From: Longimicrobiales bacterium
GTDB lineage: Bacteria; Gemmatimonadota; Gemmatimonadetes; Longimicrobiales; Gaopeijiaceae
Direction: 5' to 3'
Length of the DNA: 64,000 nucleotides
NCBI GenBank assembly: GCA_965202985.1
Contig: CBDBCF010000001.1
Coordinates: forward strand, 288,001-352,000
Of the stretch, positions 57,419-64,000 are shown piece after piece. The position numbers and the translations under genes were made by a program. The notes beneath the pieces were generated by a model. The model was not told the DNA's origin, did no database searches, and saw only the letters and a list, made by a program, of their open reading frames with translations. Each line of letters begins with the position of its first letter. Positions within the stretch are counted from its first letter, which is position 1.

Positions 57419-59037
57419 GTCGCGGCCTCCTCGATCTCGCACTCCGCGCCGACGTCGAAGTCCTGCTCGGCGCGCGCCGCCTCCATCGACACGACGCGAG
57501 ATCGGAAGCGGCGCACGGCGTCCCGCAGCACCCTTCCTTCGCCCGAGCCGGCGTAGACGACCGTGATCCGACTGCGGTCGACGCGGTCCTGAAGCTCGGC
57601 GTCGCGACCGCTCCAAACCCGCTCGTCGAACCACTTCACCCCTTCGCGGCTTCGACAGTCCCTGGGCGGGCACGCCGCTATCACCACGCCCCCCGCCCCG
57701 GCCCGGACCAAGTACTCGATCGCCGACGTGTGAAGGTTTCCCACGCACCCGATGGGGAACGTCCGCAACGAGCCTGTCCCGTTGCTTCCCGCGGCGTCGG
57801 CCTCCTCCGCGGCAATGCGCCCGGCCGCGCCATGCATGCACCCGACCACCACCAAGTCGTGGGGACCGGGTCGCACCTGGGCCACGAAGTCGTTCACCCT
57901 GGCCAGCTGGTCGCGCCCCGTCCGTCCCGGCGGCCCGACCCCCATGGGGGCGCACGACCCCGCGCAAACGCCGCAGCTCACGCACTTGGCGGGGTCCACT
58001 AGGCCGACGAGGCCATCCCGTCCGTCGTCCCGTTCGACCATGGAGATGGCCTCGTAGGGACAGTCCACGTAGCACTGCTCGCAACCGGTGCAGTAGCGGG
58101 GGTTCACCCAAGACGGCTGCGGGGCCTTTCCCGCGCGCGGCTTGGTCAGCAGCGGAACCAGCAGGATCGCCAGAACCACGACGCCCCCCGCAACCCACAC
58201 CCAGCCGGCCGCCATCGACCGAGCCGCCGGAAGCCAGAAGCCGTACGCCCAGTCGGTCGGCACGCGCCCGGGCTGCCGCAGCAGGTCGGCTTCCGGGCCC
58301 AGCGGGGGAGGCCACGCCAAGGCCACGGTGGCAACGAGGGCCACGGCGCCCCACATTAGCGGCTTGGGCGGCAGCAGCTGCGCCCTGGCCAGACGCGACA
58401 CGTGAACCCAGAGAAAGAGCGCGATCCCGACGGGCAATGCGATGTGGGCAAACAGGTTCATGAAGAAGAACGCGTCCGGCACGGGCTCTTCGCCGGTGAA
58501 CGCCCGGCCCAGGGGCTCGGAGAAGACCGGCAGCGCGTCCAGAAGCCGCGCGCCCTCGACGGCGAGAAGCTGGCCGTGGGCGTCCCACACCATGACGTAC
58601 CCGGTCCAGCCGCACACGAAGAAGATGCCCAGGAGCACGACGCCCGAGACCCACGCCAGTGCCCGCGGTCCCCACGTTCGGCGTTGCGCGAACATGCGAA
58701 AGCCGTGGAAGAGCGCCGCGACGACGGCCAGGTCCGAGACGTAGCGGTGCATTCCCCGAATCCACCGTCCGCCCCACCACTGCGCGTGGATCCCCGCGAC
58801 CGACTCGTAGGGCGCGCCGATCCGGTAGAACAGAAGCAGATAGACGCCGGTCACCATGAGCACCGCGAAGCAGGCGACCACGAGCGCCCCCGAGTGGTAG
58901 AGGGGGTTGCCTCGCCACGTGTACAGCGCGTTGAACGCGGCGTCCATCCGGGCCAACGCGCCAATGCCGGCGCCGCTGCCGGGCCGTTGCCGCTTGGCGG
59001 CTCGGCGCGTTCCTTGCGCGCCTTCGGGATTGATCAT
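57415..59037 (-). CDS. Fusion: cytochrome b N-terminal domain + 2x[4Fe-4S] ferredoxin + MvhD/FlpD-like domain
   Basis: Two His pairs 14 residues apart (MH...FH, AH...VH), GWTGYVMVWD, CTGCEQCYVDCP, CVSCGVCAGSC, GC...CVG...GAGGVVIAACPPRDC; start uncertain. Confidence 0.88.
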   Translation of the reverse strand: MINPEGAQGTRRAAKRQRPGSGAGIGALARMDAAFNALYTWRGNPLYHSGALVVACFAVLMVTGVYLLLFYRIGAPYESVAGIHAQWWGGRWIRGMHRYVSDLAVVAALFHGFRMFAQRRTWGPRALAWVSGVVLLGIFFVCGWTGYVMVWDAHGQLLAVEGARLLDALPVFSEPLGRAFTGEEPVPDAFFFMNLFAHIALPVGIALFLWVHVSRLARAQLLPPKPLMWGAVALVATVALAWPPPLGPEADLLRQPGRVPTDWAYGFWLPAARSMAAGWVWVAGGVVVLAILLVPLLTKPRAGKAPQPSWVNPRYCTGCEQCYVDCPYEAISMVERDDGRDGLVGLVDPAKCVSCGVCAGSCAPMGVGPPGRTGRDQLARVNDFVAQVRPGPHDLVVVGCMHGAAGRIAAEEADAAGSNGTGSLRTFPIGCVGNLHTSAIEYLVRAGAGGVVIAACPPRDCRSREGVKWFDERVWSGRDAELQDRVDRSRITVVYAGSGEGRVLRDAVRRFRSRVVSMEAARAEQDFDVGAECEIEEAAT

Positions 59038-59052
59038 ATCTTCATGATAATC
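59028..59052. promoter_or_regulatory. Candidate Rrf2 operator (imperfect inverted repeat)
   Basis: GATTGATCAT-N6-ATGATAATC in the AT-rich divergent region. Confidence 0.4.
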
Positions 59053-59075
59053 GGAACAAACCCGAGAGCAACCTC

Positions 59076-59525
59076 GTGATCGCCTCCCAGACCACCGTGT
59101 ACGCCCTTCGAGCAATGCTCTACTTGGCCGAACGAATCGACACCCACCCGGTGCGCGTGGACGACATCGCGACGGCGCTGGAAGTCCCGCGCAACTACCT
59201 GTCCAAGATCCTTCACGTGCTGGCGCGGCGCGGATTGCTCCGCTCGGCCAGGGGCCCGGGCGGCGGGTTCAGCTTGGCCAAGTCCCCGCGCCGCACGACG
59301 CTGCTGGAAATCGCCGCCCACTTCGACGACATGAGCCCCGGGCGCTGCCTCTTGGGCCGTCCCGAGTGCCGGGACGACGACCCGTGCCCCGCTCACGGCC
59401 AGTGGAGGGAAGTGGCGACGACCCTGCACGCGTTCTTCCGCGACACGACCCTGGCCGACTTGGCCCGTCGCTCGGATGCGACGGCGCGCCCCGAACCCCG
59501 ACCCCCAAGCGAGAAGGCCGACTAG
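59076..59525 (+). CDS. Rrf2-family Fe-S transcriptional regulator
   Basis: YALRAMLYLA, YLSKIL, SARGPGGGF, CLLGRPECRDDDPCPAH. Confidence 0.95.
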   Translation: MIASQTTVYALRAMLYLAERIDTHPVRVDDIATALEVPRNYLSKILHVLARRGLLRSARGPGGGFSLAKSPRRTTLLEIAAHFDDMSPGRCLLGRPECRDDDPCPAHGQWREVATTLHAFFRDTTLADLARRSDATARPEPRPPSEKAD

Positions 59526-59527
59526 AG

Positions 59528-59698
59528 ATGAACCACGACGATCCCGAAGCCCAACCGAACGACGAAGCCCCTTTCCTTCAGAGACTGTACGACCGGCCCT
59601 TCGTGCTGCTGGCGTTGGGCTTGGCCGTCATGTTGATCCTGTTCACCGGGTGGGGGCTTTGGGAGGTGGCGACGCTTCCCGAAGCCACGCTGCCGTAG
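59528..59698 (+). CDS. Small single-TM subunit of the heme-copper oxidoreductase cluster
   Basis: QRLYDRPFVLLALGL...GWGLWEV, located between rrf2 and subunit II. Confidence 0.7.
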   Translation: MNHDDPEAQPNDEAPFLQRLYDRPFVLLALGLAVMLILFTGWGLWEVATLPEATLP

Positions 59699-59728
59699 GA
59701 CGCCGAAGCGGCGCCAAGGAGCAAGCCG

Positions 59729-60274
59729 ATGCATGCAACGGGCATGACGCCACCCCAGGGGGTCTGGTGGAAGCCGGCCCACAAGGCCGAGAAGGTGTGG
59801 GCCGTCGTCGCCTTCGTGTGGTGCATGGTGCTCTTCGCCATGATGCCGTTCTGGCACCTTCGCGGCGGGCAGAATCCGTCGGGGATCCGCGCCAAGGTGG
59901 ACCCGGCGGAGTACCAGGCGCGGACGATGGAGTTCATTCGCAACTACCAGGTCGGCACCGACAACGGCTTTCCGGTCGTCGCGCCGCCGCCGGGCAGCGA
60001 CGTGTACCTGATCGGCCAGATGTGGTCGTGGCTCCCCGTCCTCCAGCTCGAGAAGGGGGTCGAGTACACCCTGCACTTGTCGGCGCTGGACGTGAACCAC
60101 GGCTTCAATCTGTATCCCTTCAACGTCAACTTCCAAGTGGTTCCGGGCTACGACTACGGCCTGCGGATCGTGCCCACCGAAGCCGGCGAATACGGCGTGG
60201 TCTGCAACGAGTTCTGCGGCGTCGGCCACCACTTGATGGTGGGCAAGGTCGTCGTCACGGAGGGCGAGCCGTGA
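59729..60274 (+). CDS. B-family-type heme-copper oxidoreductase subunit II (CuA)
   Basis: One TM helix, DVNHGF, CNEFCGVGHHLM. Confidence 0.92.
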   Translation: MHATGMTPPQGVWWKPAHKAEKVWAVVAFVWCMVLFAMMPFWHLRGGQNPSGIRAKVDPAEYQARTMEFIRNYQVGTDNGFPVVAPPPGSDVYLIGQMWSWLPVLQLEKGVEYTLHLSALDVNHGFNLYPFNVNFQVVPGYDYGLRIVPTEAGEYGVVCNEFCGVGHHLMVGKVVVTEGEP

Positions 60275-61992
60275 GCAACCGCTTCCGGACCTGCCTCACG
60301 ACGGGCCTCGCCGTGCACAAGGACGCCGACGCCCTGATCAAGGCCAACGCCGTGGCCGCCACCGTGGCCCTGCTGATCGGGGGAATCGCGGCTGTGCTCG
60401 TCCTGCTCACGCGCTGGCAGGCCGTGCATCTGCTGAACGACGTTTGGTTCTACCGGATCCTCACGGTGCACGGGATGAACATGCTGATCTTCTTCATCCT
60501 GTTCTTCGAGATGGCGATCCTCTACTTCGCGTCCGCCGTGCTGCTGAACTCGCGGGTTGCAACGCCGAAGGCCGGTTGGATCGCGTTTGGGCTCATGGTG
60601 GCGGGCGCTGCCATGGTCGAATGGACGATGCTCGCGGGCAAGGCCGACGTGCTGTTCACGTCCTACGTGCCGCTCAAGGCGCACTGGGCGTTCTACTTGG
60701 GCGTCATTCTGTTCGCGGTCGGCGCAATCGTGGTGACCACGATCTTCTTTGCGACGCTGGTCGTTGCCAAGCGGGAGAAGACGTACACCGGATCGGTGCC
60801 CCTGGTGACGTTCGGGGCCGTCACGGCAGCGATCATCGCGGCGATCACGCTGCTTCACGGCGCAGCGATCTACATCCCCACCTTCCTGTGGTCGCTGGGC
60901 CTCATGGACGTGGACGCGCAAGTGTACCGCCTGGTCTGGTGGGGACTGGGCCATTCGTCGCAGCAGATCAACGTGGCGGCCATGGTGGCGATATGGTACC
61001 TGCTGGGCGCGCTCACCGTCGGCGCCGTCGTAGTGAACGAGAAGATCAGCCGCACGGCCTTCGTCTTGTACATCCTGTTCATCTCCATGGCCTCGGCCCA
61101 CCACCTGCTCGTAGACCCCGGGTTCGGCCCGTCGTGGAAGGTCGTGAACACGTCGTACTTCATGTACATGGCCGTGCTGGCGTCGATGCTGCACGGATTC
61201 ACGGTGCCCGCCGGCATCGAGATGGGGATGCGCTTGCGCGGCTTCACGCAGGGAGTGTTCGGCTGGCTTCGGCGCGCGCCGTGGCACGACCCCGGCTTTT
61301 CGTCGCTCTGCCTTTCGGTCGTGGTGTTCGGGTTCGTGGGCGGCATCACCGGCGTGACGTTCGGCACCGAGCAGATCAACATCATCGCGCACAACACGCT
61401 CCGCATTCCCGGCCACTTTCACGCGACGGTGGTGAGCGGCACCGCCATGGCGTTCATGGGCGTCACCTACTACGTGATCCCGCTGATCTTCCGCAAGCGA
61501 GTCGCGTTCTACGGCATGGCGAAGTGGCAACCGTGGGTGTTCAGCGCGGGCATGCTGGTGTTCTCGATGGCGATGACGTTCGCCGGCACCTTCGGCGTGC
61601 CGCGTCGGCATTGGGACATCACGTTCTCGGGCGCTCCGTTCGGCGTGGAGTATTCTCCCGCGGTGGACTTGATGTTCGCCGTCATGGCGATCGGAGGCCT
61701 AGTGGCGGCCGTGGGCGGCGCCATGTACATCGTGGTCACCGTGACGTCGGTCTTCTTCGGCAAGCCGCTCGGAGACGAGACGACCGAAGCGGCGCTGGCA
61801 GGCGCCGTGCCGCCCGGCCTGTACACGCGACCCTTCACCGAACTCCCGTCCGAACCGGTCGAGCTCCGCGAGCACGGAAAGCTGGGGATGATGCCGGGCA
61901 CGATGATCCTCGTGGCCGTGTTCATGCTGGCGTTCGTGGTCTACTACTTCGTCAACTGGAAGCTGCTGTCGGCGATGTGGCAGATCGGGTGA
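60271..61992 (+). CDS. Heme-copper oxidoreductase subunit I lacking the cross-link Tyr (eNOR-like nitric oxide reductase)
   Basis: Six His ligands present (TVHG, GHSSQQ, AHH, GHFH) and GVPRR, but Gln at His+4. Confidence 0.8.
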   Translation: MSNRFRTCLTTGLAVHKDADALIKANAVAATVALLIGGIAAVLVLLTRWQAVHLLNDVWFYRILTVHGMNMLIFFILFFEMAILYFASAVLLNSRVATPKAGWIAFGLMVAGAAMVEWTMLAGKADVLFTSYVPLKAHWAFYLGVILFAVGAIVVTTIFFATLVVAKREKTYTGSVPLVTFGAVTAAIIAAITLLHGAAIYIPTFLWSLGLMDVDAQVYRLVWWGLGHSSQQINVAAMVAIWYLLGALTVGAVVVNEKISRTAFVLYILFISMASAHHLLVDPGFGPSWKVVNTSYFMYMAVLASMLHGFTVPAGIEMGMRLRGFTQGVFGWLRRAPWHDPGFSSLCLSVVVFGFVGGITGVTFGTEQINIIAHNTLRIPGHFHATVVSGTAMAFMGVTYYVIPLIFRKRVAFYGMAKWQPWVFSAGMLVFSMAMTFAGTFGVPRRHWDITFSGAPFGVEYSPAVDLMFAVMAIGGLVAAVGGAMYIVVTVTSVFFGKPLGDETTEAALAGAVPPGLYTRPFTELPSEPVELREHGKLGMMPGTMILVAVFMLAFVVYYFVNWKLLSAMWQIG

Positions 61993-62068
61993 GCCGAGCG
62001 CCGGCGGCGGGCAACCGAAGGCGGGGTTCGAGCGTGGTTGGGCCGCCCGCGGCGCGGGGCCGTCGTCT

Positions 62069-62989
62069 GTGGTGGAGCGGCGGTCGGTGATCGTGCGTCC
62101 GGAGGACCGCTGGCCCTTGGGGGCGGCCGGCTTCATCCTGGCCGTGTCCGCCGCGTGGTGGGGGTTCGCGCTCTTCTCGGTGCCCGGCGCCCCCGAGTGG
62201 ATGGAGCGCGCGCGGGCCGTCTGCTTCAACCTCGGCGAGAGCGGCCTGCCCGACGCCAAGGGTTGGTTGCTGCTGATCGGCCAGCCCCCGTCGATGCTCC
62301 TGGCTCTTTACGCCGGCTGGCGGGACCAAGTGCGCAGCACGCTCCGCCACTTGACCGACTCGCGTCTGGGGCGGCGCATCTTGGCGGGGTCGGCCGTGGC
62401 CGCGCTGTCGTTTCTGGCCATTGCCGCGGCCCAAGTCGTCAGCCTTCGCCTTCCGCCGGCGACGCTGGCCGCCGACTTCGGCGCGAACGCCGGCGAGCCG
62501 CTGCCCGAGACCTATCCTCGCATCGACCGACCCTGGCCCGGCACGACAGGCCTCGTGGACCAGCACGGAAACCCGTTCGCGCTGGAGAGCCTGGACGGCC
62601 GCCGCTCCTTTGTCGCCTTCGCGTTCGGCCACTGCACCACGATCTGCCCCGTAGTCGTGCGCAACTCGTTGCAAGCGCGACAGGCCGCGTCGCACGACAT
62701 GTCGGTCGTGGCGCTCACCCTGGACCCGTGGCGCGACACGCCCAGCCGGCTCCCCTCTCTAGCGGAGCGCTACGGCCTGGACCCCGCCCGCGATTTCCTG
62801 GTCGGCGGCAGCCCCGAAGCCGTAACGGCCGCCCTCGAGGCGTTCAACATGGCCCACCGCCGCGACCCCCGGACAGGCGACATCATTCACCCCTCCCTGG
62901 TCTATCTGGCCGAAGCGGACGGCACGCTGGCCTACGCCTCCACCGGCTCAACGACCCACTTGGTGCAGTTGGCGGCTCGGCTGCAGTAG
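62069..62989 (+). CDS. SCO-family copper chaperone with N-terminal membrane extension
   Basis: FGHCTTICP, TLDPWRDTP, IIH. Confidence 0.9.
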   Translation: MVERRSVIVRPEDRWPLGAAGFILAVSAAWWGFALFSVPGAPEWMERARAVCFNLGESGLPDAKGWLLLIGQPPSMLLALYAGWRDQVRSTLRHLTDSRLGRRILAGSAVAALSFLAIAAAQVVSLRLPPATLAADFGANAGEPLPETYPRIDRPWPGTTGLVDQHGNPFALESLDGRRSFVAFAFGHCTTICPVVVRNSLQARQAASHDMSVVALTLDPWRDTPSRLPSLAERYGLDPARDFLVGGSPEAVTAALEAFNMAHRRDPRTGDIIHPSLVYLAEADGTLAYASTGSTTHLVQLAARLQ

Positions 62990-63055
62990 CGGGAGCGACT
63001 GCACTGGCGGCCGCGGACCCGTTAGCGGCCCCCCCGTGAGATCTCGCGGCACGCC

Positions 63056-63707
63056 TCAGTCGGGCGCAGTGAGATGAACAACCCGTTGTTCTTCCGGACG
63101 GATCGACGGCCGGAACCGGTGCTCGCTTTTCCGCAGCCCATCCGCATAGCCGTGGCCATCGTCGTCGTAGAAGTTCCGCAACACGAAGTCCATGAACAGG
63201 TGGGGCGTCAACGGAGCGGAGACGGGAATCCGGCAACCTCGATACTGCCCCAGCGTCATGTGGCACTTCGGGTGCGCGAAGGGAAGCTCTCGCCCGTTGG
63301 CATTGTAATCAATCCTCAACGGTAGTGGGGCCAAGCGACGCCCTACGATGTGAACGTGACGTTCGTCTCGGAGGTAGTCTTCCGGTGCATTCTGGAATTC
63401 GTCCAAGTCCGGTGCCGGCAGGAACGCCAATCGGTGACGGAGCAAACGGCGTTGCTCGAACTGATACCATCGCGCCGTCGAGCATCATTGCATTATAGGC
63501 CCTCATGGCAGCCATGTGTTTGTAGCTTCCAGCGTATTCCTTCATGCTCATCGCCCTGGCGATATGCTCGTGTCCTCCAAAGGAAACTGATGAGATCGAC
63601 CGCACGCGCTTTTGGGTTGGCCACTGCTGGGATCGGACAAGGCCCATCTCCATTAGACGGATCGTTATGCTCCGGATCTCGGCCACAACGCGATCAAGGC
63701 CCGTCAC
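63056..63707 (-). pseudogene. DUF2290-like protein, frameshifted near 63466
   Basis: YNAMMLDGAM lies in one frame; YQF...HRLAF, LRIDY, HPKCHMTLGQYRGCRIPVSAPLTP..F.DFVLRNFY lie in another. Confidence 0.8.
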
Positions 63708-64000
63708 GTCCTCGGTTTTCGCTCCCTGACAGCAAGTAGTCGTTCCAGTGCCGGGCGAAGATCTTCGACATCTTCTAGATACACTTCGCCTGCGTCAAGA
63801 TTGTCGCCAAACCGTCTCACAGCGCTTCGGAATTCCTTTACCACATCGGCACCCTCGCGAGACATATCCCGATGAACCACACGCATTCGATCCAGCTCCG
63901 CCTTGGTCGGATACCTGAATTTCAACCTGTATTCGTTCGCTTTTAATTGTGCATGTTCCTGAGACAGCTTCCGCATGTCTTCGCCTATGCCTGCCACGCG
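63704..64000 (-). CDS. C-terminus of a probable superfamily-1 helicase-like protein (5' part outside window)
   Basis: RVAGIG...LKFRYPTKAEL..MRVVHRD tail; 4-bp overlap with the DUF2290 gene; helicase motifs not visible in the window. Confidence 0.6.
   Translation of the reverse strand, partial: RVAGIGEDMRKLSQEHAQLKANEYRLKFRYPTKAELDRMRVVHRDMSREGADVVKEFRSAVRRFGDNLDAGEVYLEDVEDLRPALERLLAVRERKPRT

Noticed and set aside
57415..59037. Hydrogenase or bc1 complex
   Set aside because: No NiFe large subunit, Rieske protein or cytochrome c1 gene in the window

Overview
GC-rich bacterial chromosomal window. The gene content (SusC/SusD pair, many lipoproteins, an M66-like peptidase, a TolB-like/TPR membrane protein) suggests Gemmatimonadota, but this is inference. 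Bases 1-8.9 kb are a defence island: the tail of a type 3 BREX-like locus plus a decayed duplicate, a convergent PIN/AbrB pair, an orphan Xre/MbcA antitoxin leading an ABC-ATPase + DUF4276 pair, an AAA_16-like ATPase, a pRiA4b ORF3 protein and a type II R-M pair. The middle holds secreted hydrolases, an A-family cytochrome c oxidase operon whose K-channel residues appear replaced, TonB-dependent receptors, a Tat flavoenzyme/cytochrome c pair and dnaE. At 48.3-51.8 kb a visibly A/T-richer two-gene cassette encodes an 799-aa STAND-type NTPase and a 338-aa protein with a possible degenerate HEPN-like domain; this is my best candidate for an undescribed system. At 56.9-63.0 kb an Rrf2-led heme-copper oxidoreductase has Gln in place of the catalytic Tyr (eNOR-like NO reductase) and is divergently linked to a cytochrome b/2x[4Fe-4S]/MvhD-like fusion. 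The window ends in a helicase + DUF2290 anti-phage pair with a broken DUF2290 gene. I saw no rRNA, tRNA, CRISPR array, integrase or transposase. All family calls come from recognising motifs by eye, not from database searches.
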